Assembly: GCA_951406725.2 (NCBI GenBank)
Contig: OX597822.1
Span: 85,994,001-86,058,000 of the forward strand
DNA from: Octopus vulgaris
Taxonomy: Eukaryota
DNA: 64,000 bases
Direction: 5' to 3'
Both the position numbers and the translations under genes were made by a program. Shown here in pieces: positions 51,140 through 64,000 of this stretch (positions are counted from its first letter, which is position 1; every line of letters begins with the position of its first letter). The notes below the pieces were generated by a model. The model saw only the letters and a list, made by a program, of their open reading frames with translations, was not told the origin of the DNA and did no database searches.

Positions 51140-54100
51140 CTGTATGCTATGTATTATACTATGAATATCTGGGGCTAAAACAGCAATGAAATCTATCATT
51201 TAACTTCATTCCACCCACAGACGCCTTTAGTCTGGAATCTCAAATTCTGTCTTGGAAGGGGATCTTAGAGTAAACTAGTCAGAATATAATGTAGATAAAA
51301 AGCATGAAATATGAGGTCCATGTTTTATTATATCATGTATGGTGTCACATGATGTAAGGTGCCACACCATTGAGTTACAGTGTCACAGTATAAATGGTGC
51401 CACATTATTGAGATTTGGCAGAATCATAAGCACATTAGACAAGATACATAGTGGTGTTTCCTCTGGTGTTTTATGTTCTGAGTTCAAATACTGGTGAGGT
51501 CAACTTTGCCTTTCATCCTTTCAAGGTCGATAAAATAAAGGACCAGTCAAGTACTGCAGTCCATAGTATCAATCAACTCTTTCCTTTTGCCCTCAAATTG
51601 CTGGCCTCGTGCCAAAATTTGACTATCACTGATGATGTCACATCATTGATTGTGTAACATTGATGGTGTCACAAAACTGATGATGTCACATCATTAAAAG
51701 CATCATCATGTAAAGTTTCATACCTTTGAATGTCCCACAATATTGACAGAGATTGAACTCTGATGTCCCCATTGATTTTATGATTTCTTGGAGAAGATAA
51801 CACTGCAGTGTTTTCTCATTTCCAAAGAAGGAAACAAACTCGCCATCTAACGACCTTATGAAATACTTGTTCATTACACAGTAGTGTCTGGCAAGAGCAG
51901 AGCCAGGGGTAACTCACAGCAAGCTGATGTAGTGATAGGTTTCTTCTCTCCAATAGAAACCAAAGCTTTACACATTCACATTATGGATTCCCTTGGCAAA
52001 AGTCTCACTGCCACACTTGTTTTTTTTCTTTTCCCTTAATGTTGAAGGTTTTTGTATGTAATAGAAATGTAAATTATATGGTGCTTTGGCTGTTTGCTAC
52101 AATTCCTCCAACAATAACTGAACCTCCTCATAGTACCAATCGACAGCTTGCTATATTGAGGCAGTGACAATAAAAAATACTTGCTATGAACACTGTAGAA
52201 CTGGACCATAAGTGGTATTGTGAAACATTAGCTCTTTGGTCAGCAGTGCAAACCCATATCAGATATTAGGCAATTGTAAAGACCAGTTGTGATAAATAAC
52301 TCAGATACTCCAATGGTTACACGTTTCAGAAATATATGCACATCAAATTATCAAATATAGCTTTGTAAATGTTACTGTAATACCTGGAAATAAATTTTAT
52401 TTTTATTTTATTATTGTTATTGTTGTTGATGTTGTTATGGTGGTCAGTTGGCAGAACCATTAGCATGCTGGACAAAATGTTTAGTGGTATTTCATCTGTC
52501 TTTACGTTCTGAATTCAAATTCCACTAAGATCAACTTTGAAAAGTAAAGTTGATCTTAGTGGAATTTAGTAAATCCTTTGATTTTAGTTGATTTTAGTAA
52601 ATCCTTTCAGGGTTGATAAGATAAGTATCAGTCATGTACTGGGGCTGATATAACAGACATCTCCCTCTCCTCAAAAACTGCTGTTCCCTTACCAACATTT
52701 GAAACTATTATTATTATTATTGTTAAGAGAAGGTAGCATTGTTGTTGTATCAAACAAAATGCTTAGTGGCATTTCTTCCAAACCTTTACATTCAGAGCTC
52801 AATTCTGGCATGGACAACTTTGTTTTTCATGTTTTGGGGTTGCAATGAACTGCCAGTCAAGTACCAGGTTTATAATATTCAATTGAACTTCTCCAAATTC
52901 TAGGCTTTGTGCATGTGTTATAAACAATCATTATTTATTGTGAATGTCCATTTATGTTGTATTTTATTCCTCAAATTGTCTCCATATGTTAGCTGTTGAA
53001 GTTGATAAAAGAATAACCAATGTTGATTGAGTTCTGGAGAGGAACAGACTGGAACTTTACAGACTTCAACAAAGGTTCCAAGAAATTGTGGAATCATTTA
53101 GACTAACAACAATAATATTGCCAAAGGCCTTTCAAGACCCACTTAAACCTGATTTCCTGGTTACTTTCTTGTGGCCTGGGGTTGGCCTGGAAGTAAGGTC
53201 ACTTGCTTAACAACCTCAGGACACTTGTATTAGATGTGATCAGTGTACAGACTTGCATTTCTTCTAACTGACCACAAGATTTATTATTTGGCCAATTGAG
53301 TGGAACAGTGGTGTTTGTTTTACAAAGGTCTGGCTCTTTAAGCAAAGAGGATCTAACTGGAGCCAGATTTTGCCAGCATTCTTCTTGCACCTGAGTTGAA
53401 ATAAAGGCAGCAGTTCATAAAGACCAGAGAATCAGGTTTCTTCCTACATCTAGAAACATTCCTACCAACACTGCACTTGATAATGCTGATGGAAGATTGT
53501 AAGGGTCTGTTAGTTGCTGACATCTGCTGAGATATGGGGAAACAGTGATGATTGTGTGAGAGGAAAATTGCCAGATTTGAATGGTCTTCCCTAAAGCTTT
53601 ATATTTAGATGGTATATTTGTTCACAACTGTCTTAGCAGATGTCTGACAAGACTTGCAGCATCGTTTCTTGTATGGAAGAAGCAGTTATGTGGATGTTGT
53701 GGAAGGATGTACACAGAGTGAACATCGGGGATAGTTTTAGGCTAAAAGTTAAAAATTTTGGTCAAGGTACTCAAAGAAAAGTTGCTGCTTATCAACAGTG
53801 TGCAATTCCAATTGATCTGTCCAAGACAACATCTACCCCACCCCCCTATGAAAGTAATAAGTTCCACTCATCAGAAGATCCATCTGATGTTGTCATGTGC
53901 AGGACAGATGCAGCTGTCAGCCATGTTCCTTGTGAAAAAAGCTCTGGAAAAAAAACCTTTCACTTGAATAGCTTGTTACTGTGAAACAGAAGAAAATCAG
54001 AGAATTGTTTCCATATTTGGTAAAGGTAAATGAACCATTGTGGAGAAGAATCTCGGTTCCAAAACTAATTTAAACATCATTTGGAGACTCTTTAAAAGTT

Positions 54101-55044
54101 TTTGCTGCTCCACACAGTTGTGCTTCTGAAGCTTCTTAAATGAAAAGAAAAAAATGAAAATTTGTTTGCAATTTTATTATGGACTGTTGCTCTTCAGCTT
54201 AAGTTTGTTTCAAAGACATCTGTAAGAGGAATGAAAGATTTCATTGAAAATATATCATCAGTGTCAATATCCATTACTCAATTGTTTCTTTTTCTTCACT
54301 CTCTTTCATTCTTCTGCATATTTGTTGGTGCCATGCAAAAAGCACCCAGCACACTCTGTAAAGGGATTGACATTGGTAAGGGCATCCAGCCATAGAAGGT
54401 ATGCCAAAACAGACAATTGGAGCCTGGTGCAGCTCTCCAACTTGCCAGCTCCTGTTAAACCATCCAACCCATGCAGGCATGAAAAACAGATGTTAAATGA
54501 TGATGAGGATGAGGAGGAGGAGGAAGATGGTGATGAAAAAACGATGATGATAATGATGGTGATAATGATGATGATGATGATGATGATGATTATGATGAGG
54601 AGGAGGAGGATGATAATGATGATATGTGTTCTACAATCCAAGTTTAGATTTGGCTTCTTATTTGATATCAAAATTTTCTGAAAAAATATTTTACAAAGTG
54701 TGAAAGCGATGTATACAGAATGTGGTAAGTTCATGTGTATATTAGTGCTTCTGTGTGTCTGTGTGTGTATGTGTGTGTGGGCATGTGTAAAGAATTTTAG
54801 CCAAGCAAATCAACCCCAGTACTTTTTTTTTAAAGTCTGGTAATTATTTTATCAGTCTCTTTTGCTGAACTGTTGGTTATGGAGATGTAAACAGAGACAC
54901 AATCACACACACACACACACACACACAAGGTACAAGCATGGCTGTGTGGTACCTTGAGCAAGTGTCTTCTATTATTACCTTGAGCTGACAAAAGCCTTGC
55001 AAGTGGATTTGGTAGACAGAAGGTGAAAGAAACCTGTCATGCAT

Positions 55045-55247
55045 GTATGTCGCCATGATAGATCGTTAGTCACTACACACATTGTTTTCTCTCCTTGTTT
55101 CATCCTTGTTTTTTTCTGTGTCCCTTTCTGTAGAAGAGCATAGGCTCAAAACGTAAAAGACTTTTTCTATTCCTGAGCGTTATACTAATACATCTGTTTG
55201 TTTTGTACACCACCTGTCTTCGTCTTTTGTTTTTTTTCGTAAACTCT

Positions 55248-55250
<3 letters not shown>
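55045..55250 (+). mobile_element. Short repeat with a decayed minimal hammerhead-like motif at 55124-55160
   Basis: CTTT-CTGTAGA-A-GAGC atag GCTC-AAAAC-GTA-AAAG: stems I and II pair, but two core positions deviate from CTGANGA/GAAA; ends at (TA)n. Confidence 0.5.
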
Positions 55251-55275
<25 letters not shown>

Positions 55276-55281
<6 letters not shown>

Positions 55282-55531
55282 CCAATAAGGAGCAAATATA
55301 TTCAGCAGAAAATATTTGTGAAGATATTATTGACTCTATTATAATCCAGGGTAATATAATTAAATTGAAAATAACAGAATTTATAATATAGGCGATTGCA
55401 GGCCCCCAAAAAAGCATTAAATAGCTAATTCTGTTATTATCAATTTAATTATATTATCCTAGATAATAATAGACTTAATAATATCTTCGCAAATATTTTC
55501 TACTGAATTATTTGCTCCTCATTGGAATTAT
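55276..55531. repeat. Fold-back element: arms 55276-55381 and 55427-55531
   Basis: About 105-nt reverse-complement arms, 45-nt spacer, begins at (TA)n. Confidence 0.9.
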
Positions 55532-56235
55532 TTTCACACTGAGACTGCTATGATTAGGCACAAAACAAATTAAATCATGACAGGTTGGGAGATCTTTTCA
55601 TCATGGTAACACATGCTGAGGAAGGTAAAGCTATAATGCCTGTCCAGAAACAAGTCCACATGAGTCCAAATACCAGAAAATATATAGCTGGATGCTATAT
55701 AAGTATGTTGAATGATTTTCTTGACCCGTTTGCTCGCAGACAGTTGATTTCTGTAATTATAATCAGTGCTATTTTTTCCGCAGTTTAAATAAGAGTTTTG
55801 ACTGTTATTTCCAGCAGGTAGACATACTCAGTATGTCCTTTGATTAATTTATATATATATATGGTGGGTCAAAGGTTTTTTTTGTCTGTGTCTGTTTCCC
55901 ACTACTGCTTGACCACCAGTGTTGGTTTGTTCACATCCCCATGTCTCAGCAGTTCAACAAAAGAGACCGATAGGATAAGTACCAAGCTTTAAAAAAAAGT
56001 GATTGGGTCAACTTGTTTGGCTAAAAATTCTTCGATGCATTGCTCCAGCATGTTCACAGTGTAATGACTGAAACGAGTCAAAGATAAAAGATCTGAAACT
56101 CCCTCCTCCCCCCTCCCCCACCCCTGCTGTTAGGTTTATAGATTTTGTTTCTGTAGAAATCAATCATGTCCAGGTTTTTATTATGCTTTAATAACCAGTT
56201 GTTACTTTCAGTTCAGAATAAGTAAATATTGACAG

Positions 56236-56239
<4 letters not shown>

Positions 56240-56283
<44 letters not shown>

Positions 56284-56290
56284 TATAATT

Positions 56291-56347
<57 letters not shown>

Positions 56348-56359
56348 GTAATGATAATG

Positions 56360-56391
<32 letters not shown>
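56240..56391. repeat. (TAA)n microsatellite
   Basis: Direct reading. Confidence 0.95.
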
Positions 56392-58998
56392 CTGTCAAAG
56401 TGAATTTTCACTGAGCTGATACGCAAACTAAAATTCTCATTTGCATCTACTTCCTACTTTAGATTGCATCTAGCAACAAAAATATGTAAATGCATATGCA
56501 TCAATGTATCCCCCTCCCCCGCTTCCTCCTACTCCTCCTCCTCATCATCATCATCATCACCACCACCATCAGCAGCAGCAGTATCACCACTATCATCACA
56601 CTCATCATCATCTTTGTCTTTTCCATACTTGAACGGATTGGATGTAGTTTATTTAGGTAGATTTTCTACAACCGAATGCTCTTCCTGTAGCCAAGCCTCC
56701 CCTGTTTCCAAATAAGGTAATAATTCCCCATGGCCAGACATGTCTTGGAAGACTGGGAAGGAAGGGCACCACTTGCATGACAGTGACACTCGTTTACAAC
56801 AATCGGACAATATCAAAGCAAGGAGACAGTAGCAAACACACATGCACACACATATACAGATATACACGTGCATACATATCCATGGTACTCAACACATCTA
56901 GTAAATATATTGTTATTTAAAACAGTTTGGTTTGGCTCTGTGCGACACAAAGTTTCACTGGCACATTGAGGCTCAGATTACTGAATGAAGAAATGCAGAA
57001 AGTCCAAGCTGGCTACTGGAAAATCAGTTGCTATTGGTCAAGGCAGGCAAATCACATAATGTTAGGAATGAGACTGGCATTTCAGTGGCACCAGATGCAT
57101 TAGAAAGGAGAATTTCTTGACTTTTATGGATGGAGAGGAAGCTGATAGTACCTAGGTGTATGGCAGGCTTTTATAAGGACTTTGAAGCTGACAGAAGCAA
57201 GACCAGTGTGTGTGTGTGTACTTGGTAATATTGATGACTTTCTTGACTTACTAACCAGAAGCACATAACCTCTTTTACGTTGGAGGTAAATATAGACCTT
57301 TGTTGGGTCAGTATCAGTAAAATGTACCAGAATGAAACATAGAGAGCATTTTCCAGGAGTGAGAGAAGAGTTCCTTCTCATGGATAGTTGTAAGCCAAGG
57401 TTAAAATGTGTCAGTTACATGTGTCTGTGTATGTTATTCCCAGTCCAGAAATGGGAACAACCACATTACCAAAACAAATTTCCACTCATGAGGTCAGCAT
57501 CCAAATATTTTGCTTTGTTATTTCTGGAAAAACCCAGAAGGTGTGAATTTTTTAGAATGACTTTCTTTTCCACCAAGCAAAGCTTGGTATGCTTGCTTCC
57601 ATTTAGATACTGTCACAAGTCATTTCAGAAATTTTCAGTTAATTTTCTATGACATTGCTTCCTCTGTTAATCATCATAGCTGTTTAGTTTTGTAACATTG
57701 CACCTGTTTTGGATTCTAAACAAGGAGCTGTAATTATTCAGCCAAGCCTTAAAGGGGGTCTCCATTGCTCCAACATATTTCTGTATCTATGTAGTTTCAT
57801 TGTTTTTGGACAACACTACATTTGTTTCATAGACGATGGTTTCTGTTTTGCATTGACCATTCACTGGGCACTCACTGTAAACCCTACATGAGCATCCTGT
57901 CTCTGCCCAGGGTCTTGGCATATTCACTAATTTGCTTTTGATTGTAAGTGCACAGCTGAACAAGTTATGTCTACTGAATAATTTCCTATACCTATGATCC
58001 TAAGTAAAATGCTTATCTACTAATCTAAGGAACGCCTCTTCCCATGCAAGTTTTCATATTGAGTGAGAATAGGGTTCAAACCAGAAGACATTTTGGTAGC
58101 ACTTTCTCTTGCAGGTGTTAGTGTTGGGCATAATGGTGGTGCAGTCTTTAAAGCTGCTGGCTGCCAAAGCTTTGTTGTAATGGGGGCCACTGTATCAAAG
58201 AATCGTTCTTCGGGGAACAAAATCTTTCTACTAATTCTCTTTGCAAGGTTTTTAAAACTGTAGGTGGGTGGTAAGGGGCTGTGTTGATGTATAACAGCTT
58301 TTCGTTTGTTTTATACACACAAATGCACACACACATATACATACATGCAGAGGAGGAGTTAGAACAGCTATGTAATAAATTCATTTAACTGTTCAAAAGG
58401 TTTCCTAGAAAATGCTGATAGCTTTCATTACTCGGGGCATTAATTAGCAGCAGGGATGAGTGATTCAGAGTAAGAAAGGAATGGAAAACAACCTTTCAAA
58501 AAGGTTCTTTCTTTGAGCAAAAGGCTGAATGTATGATGTGCAAAGTCTGGAAAGAAAAGAAGGGTGTGTTGGGGAATAAGATGAGAAATACAGAAAGAGG
58601 AATGAAATGTTGTGTAGCAGAGAAAAGGCTGGTCATGTGATAAATGTATGGAGAGCATTAAGTATGAAGCAATGAAAGTGGAAGGACCCTGAGAAAAAAG
58701 AAAGATTAAAGAAGATATACAAAGAAGTTGTGAAAGTTGATCTCAAGATTTTCAACTTTTATAAAGGAGACAGGAAAGGATTTCCCACATAAAGTGGGAA
58801 ATTTGACAAGAGAAAATCTATTCAACTTGAATAAAGCCATGAAAAGTGGAGACATTGGTACAGACACTTTATTCATGACCAGCAACCCGTGTAGAATAGA
58901 TCCTTGGTCCTAAAGGCTCCAGCTGGGTCTTGGTCTAATTCCACTCATCCAAAAGGACCAACCCTTAAAAATCATTGGTTTTTAGGAGTGTTTTGTTG

Positions 58999-59215
58999 TA
59001 TGTATGTATGTATGTATGTATGTATGTATGTATGTATGTGTGTGTGTATGTATGTATGTATGTGTGTATGTGTATGTATGTGTATATGTATGTATATGTG
59101 TATGTATGTATGTGTGTATGTATGTATGTGTGTATGTATGTATGTATGTATGTGTGTGCATGTATGAATGTATGTATGTATGTATGTATGTATGAATGTG
59201 TGTGTGTGTGTGTTA
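58999..59215. repeat. (TATG)n/(TG)n compound microsatellite
   Basis: Direct reading. Confidence 0.95.
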
Positions 59216-59367
59216 ATGTATATAAAAAAAATCACAGACACACACACACGAGGGAGGGGGCAGGGCGTTCTTAATTAGATATAATTGTGTGCCTTCAGAA
59301 AGAAGACAATTTCTAAATTTAGCCAGAGATTTGAAGTAATTGATCTTTCTTATTGACTTCCATCCTC

Positions 59368-59669
59368 AACATCATCATCATCATTACCATTACCCTCATC
59401 ATCATTGTCATCAAAATCTCCATTCTGTTTTCATCGTCATCCTTATCATCAACAGCAGCAGGGACAATGGTGGTAGCAGCAGCAGCAGCAGTGGCATCAA
59501 CATTATCATCACCATCATCTTTATCATCATCATCACCACCACCACCACCCTCATCATCCTCATCATTAATTTTAATTATCAGCATCATCATCATCACCTC
59601 TATCATCATCACCATCACAACCATCATTATCATTATTATCAACATCACCATCATCACCATCACCATCAC

Positions 59670-59711
<42 letters not shown>

Positions 59712-59740
59712 TATCCTCATCATCACAGCAGCAGCAGCAT
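59368..59740. repeat. Degenerate (CAT)n/(CAC)n/(CAG)n trinucleotide tract
   Basis: Direct reading; source of the spurious poly-His/Ile/Met ORFs. Confidence 0.95.
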
Positions 59741-60849
59741 CAATTCATATATATATTTTTTGTTATCCTTTTGTTGGACTTTTTTTCCATTTTCCTCTTG
59801 ACCAGTGTAGGAGGGAGAGGGAGAAATTCCTAATTTCCAATCTCCAGCAGGAGGAGCGGATAAGTTGGGCGGTTGGATGGGGAGTACTTATCAAATCCAG
59901 CCGGACATGTAAAAACAAAGGATTTGTTTTAATCTCTGACTGACTTGACGGGTAGATGACATTCTGTCAGCTGAGTTTGAGGTTTTGCAAGGAAGAATCC
60001 ACTTTGTTATTATGGAACAATGGAGGGTGGGAGAAGAAATCAAATGATTTTAAAACTGAAAGGAGAAAAAAAAAAACAGAAAAAAACTAAACAAACAATA
60101 CTATAAAAAACTTGTAGAATAAATTTTAGGGGACTGAAATATAAGGAATTTCTTTTAGTAAAATCCACAGAGAAAACCCAAAAGATTAAAACAGTCATCT
60201 TATGTGTGTGCATGTGTATGTGTATGTGTGTGAGTTAGGTAACCCATTGGAAGAGTCCATAATTATGTTTCAGCATGGTAACAGATTGTTCATGTATTAA
60301 TTCATTAGTCAGACTCATTCTTGCTTCCTGTTCATCTGGGAGAGTTCATTGCTGATGTGTGGCTTTTGAAGTTCATTTCCATCTTTAACTCGGCTAAGGT
60401 GAAGAGATAACGTCCAGCATCGACTTTTGAAATCAAGTTCTTTCCTCGTCTTATTGATAGAATAAATAATATTGACCAGCTGAAAAATTAAACTTCCCCA
60501 TTGGGAACACCAGGTGAGTTCTCAACTAAATATATACAAGGTAAGTGTAATCGTTATATATCATTAATATTCATGTATTTAAGGGTGGCAAGCTGGCAGA
60601 ATGGCTAGCATGCCAGTCAAAATGCTTTGTGACATTTCATCTGTTTCCATGTTCTGAGTTCAAATTCTGCCGAGGTCAGCTTTGCCTTTCATCCTTTCAA
60701 GATTGACAAAATAAGTACCACAGTTCTGTATTTACGAGTTGAGGAATTTTATACATTATTTACATTATTTATATTTGACGGCATATGGCATAGTGGTTAA
60801 GAATGCAGGCTACTAACCCCAAGATTCTGAGTTCAATTCGAAGCAGTGA

Positions 60850-60890
<41 letters not shown>

Positions 60891-60891
60891 T

Positions 60892-61184
60892 ATAGGACTG
60901 AGGTAACACCTCCAGAAGATATAGAAGCAAAAATAGAAGAGTGCCATTGTTATCAAGCGAACAATATTTCAACATCTCATGTGTCTTCCATAGGTTCAAA
61001 AAAATAACTGTGTCAATCTACTTCATTTTGGTTAATATTTATATCTGGTGGAGGAGTTACCTCAATCCTATAAATATTAGCCAAAATGAAGTAGATTGAC
61101 ATTTATTTTTTGAACTTGTGGAAGACACACGAGATGTTGAAATATCGTTCACTTGATAACAATGGCCCTCTCCTATTTTCCTTC

Positions 61185-61185
<1 letters not shown>
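60892..61185. repeat. Permuted fold-back element A-B-A'-B' inside (TAA)n
   Basis: A 60892-60922 pairs with A' 61041-61071; B 60923-61040 pairs with B' 61072-61185; (TAA)n on both sides. Confidence 0.88.
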
Positions 61186-61227
<42 letters not shown>

Positions 61228-61499
61228 CCATTGTCAATAAACAAGAGGGCCATGATGTTATCAGTGGACAGAAACAACTGTTTCAAGCACAAAGCAGCTG
61301 TTTACAATTTTTTGTCTGTGGAATTTAAGGATTTATATAATGAATATAATCAGTTGTTGAATAGTTTCTACATGAAACAAGAAGAATATTTGGGCCATTA
61401 TATGGTTGGTTTAAATGCTAAAAAGTTAAGAGAACCAAATATTGATAAATGAACTTCATTCATCAACACCAGTGACAAAAGTTAATATTTCATTTAAAA

Positions 61500-63712
61500 T
61501 TGGAACATCTCATAAATAATGTGGATTTTTCAATTGTATGAACTAAAAGTCGGAGGGGAACGGAATAAACTACCTGCATCAACTTGCCTTAAAAGCAGAT
61601 AGTAATTTTTACCTTCAACTTATTCTTAGTGCAAGTTTTGAAGAGAGCAGATCGATTTTAAGTCATTTTTTTACAGCTATAATGGAAGTGACATAGGTGC
61701 ATACTCGGCATGTTTTGCTTTATGAATTCAATGAAGGCAACAACACAACAAAAAGTGCAAGGAATATTAATGCAGTATATGGAGATCAGACAATAAATGT
61801 AAGCCAGTGTCAACGGTGGTTCCAGAAATTCCAAGCTGGAGTCTACAGCCACGAAAACAAGGCACAACCTGGAAGATCTGTAGAGCTTGACAAGGACATC
61901 CTACAAACTCTGGTAGAACAAAATCCCATTGTAACTGTTGAGGAACTAGCAGAGAAGCTTGGATTCAGTCATTCAACCATTCATCGACTCTGTGTGCCAT
62001 CAGAAAAGTCAGCAAATTGCGTCAGTGGGTTCCTCACAAACTTTCCAAGTCTAATAACTCGCAGAGAATGAATATTTGCTCTTCTTTGTTGTCATATTTC
62101 ATGAATGAACAATTTTGGGACTGATGACAAGAAATGAGTTCTCTACAAAAATGTCAAGCGCCGAAGACAGTGGGTAGGGAAAGGAGAAACACTGGCACCC
62201 CAGGCTAAAGAAGGTCTTCAACCACATAAGGTATTGTTATCTGTTTGGTGAGATATGAAAGGTTTAGTTCACTTGGAACTTTTAAACCCAAACCAAATGA
62301 TAACAATGGAGATCTACTGTGAGCAGCAGCTTGAGCAGTTTAAGTCAGTGCTAGAAGAAAAACTACCATCTTTGGTTTCAAGACAAAAGGTGTTCTTCCA
62401 TCAGGATAATACTCGGTCACATACAGCGAGGATGACATTACAAAGGCTGGAGCAGTCTGAATGTGAAATGATGCCCAACCCACCATATTCGCTCGACATT
62501 ATCATTTATTCTGCAGTCTTTTATCTGTTTGGTGAGATATGAAAGGTTTAGTTCACTTGGAACTTTTAAACCCAAACCAAATGATAACAATGGAGATCTA
62601 CTGTGAGCAGCTTGAGCAGTTTAAGTCAGTGCTAGAAGAAAAACTACCATCTTTGGTTTCAAGACAAAAGGTAGTTCTTCCATCAGGATAATACTCGGTC
62701 ACATACAGCGAGGATGACATTACAAAGGCTGGAGCAGTCTGAATGTGAAATGATGCCCAACCCACCATATTCGCTCGACATTATCATTTATTCTGCAGTC
62801 TTCAAAATCATTTGGACGGAAAAAAATATGAATTCTGTAGATGAGGTCAAAACAGTACTAGAGGAGTATTTTTTGTCGTGGACAAGTGAATTTTGGAAAA
62901 GGGTCCTTGCAAGTCAACCAGAGAGATGGAAGAGCATTGTAGAAAATGGAAGAGGGTATATTTTTGATTATTAAAGAACACCAAGGCAATGACTAGTGAC
63001 CAGGACCTTTGGAAATATGCTGTGCTTAAGAAGACTTGGCAAGCAAAGTGAGACCATAACCTCATGGCCTATGCCAAGGGTGTAACCAGCCCACTTATGC
63101 ATAACTTTGCTCTTCTTTGTTGTCATATTTCATGAATGAACAATTTTGGGACTGATGAGGCAAGTGAAATGAGTTCTCTACAAAAATGTCAAGCGCCGAA
63201 GACAGTGGGTAGGGAAAGGAGAAACACTGGCATCCCCAGGCTAAAGAAGGTCTTCAACCACATAAGGTATTGGCTATCTGTTTGGTGAGATATGAAAGGT
63301 TTAGTTCACTTCAAGCGTGATCGTTACCCAAACCAAATGATAACAATGGAGATCTGGTGGCACATGAAAACAGCAAGTGAGCAGTTTAAGTCAGTGCTAG
63401 AAGAAAAACTACCATCTTTGGTTTCAAGACAAAAGGTGTTCTTCCATTGCCAGGATACATACTGGCGGTCACATACAGCGAGGATGACATTACAAAGGCT
63501 GGAGCAGTCTGAATGTGAAATGATGCCCAACCCACCATATTCGCTCGACATTATCATTTATTCTGCAGTCTTCAAAATCATTTGGACGGAAAAAAATATG
63601 GAATTCTGTAGATGAGGTCAAAACAGTACTAGAGGAGGAGGAGGATTTGCTTATCTTAATTTTGAAAAATAAAAGAAGTATAAAAAAACTGCATTATTTA
63701 TGGAATGACCCA
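61500..63712 (+). mobile_element. Decayed mariner transposon with internally triplicated catalytic region
   Basis: TIRs near 61500-61530 and 63682-63712; HTH ORF 61697-62071; FFHQDNTRSHT and PPYSLD motifs occur three times. Confidence 0.92.
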
Positions 63713-64000
63713 TTAAAACTGAAATAGGAATGTTTTTTGTTCTAAACTAATAATATAAATTGAAATATAATTTTCTTATATAATTTCATGTAGATGGCAC
63801 AAGTCTATACAAATGTCTAAAAAGTGGCAAATACTAAGTAGAAAAGTATATGAAACCTGTGGATAATAAAGCAAAAATTAGCTTCAGTTTGATTAAAATA
63901 ATCTGGGTTTTTTTGTTTTGTTTTTGTTTTTTATCGGGAGATGCAATATCTAAGGACATTTCCAAAACAGCATTTGGTAAAAGATAGCACTGAACTTCAA

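Noticed and set aside
53030-58260. Coding-like stretches at about 53030-54140 and 56900-58260
   Set aside because: Probably old retroelement relics, but I could not identify diagnostic motifs or splice-bounded exons.
58904-59943. Poly-His, poly-Ile, poly-Met and (YVCM)n ORFs
   Set aside because: Translations of microsatellites, open in several frames on both strands.

Overview
AT-rich, microsatellite- and repeat-dense animal genomic DNA; the SINE, LINE and mariner families look like those of Octopus (inference). Almost all ORF-track entries are noise. The main gene is a complete 12-exon, plus-strand BBS5 (BBSome subunit; ATG 8679, TGA 50225, 1020 nt CDS, 339 aa), reconstructed by hand with GT-AG introns and matching phases, preceded by a cluster of RFX X-box motifs. 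Two probable terminal exons of an unidentified upstream gene lie at 3685-3737 and 6096-6221. Introns and flanks hold tRNA-derived SINEs, RTE LINE fragments, decayed mariner/maT elements, MITEs, a non-autonomous Helitron and Penelope-like retroelement (PLE) remains. The most unusual signal is a set of unrelated ~100-130 bp fold-back (inverted-repeat) elements lodged in microsatellites, several carrying type I hammerhead ribozyme motifs: one antisense copy with an intact core, and one sense copy in BBS5 intron 1 whose inactivating G>A change sits in an A.C mismatch of its own fold-back duplex. Another fold-back lies just after the BBS5 stop codon. All coordinates were read by eye; no database search or folding computation was run.
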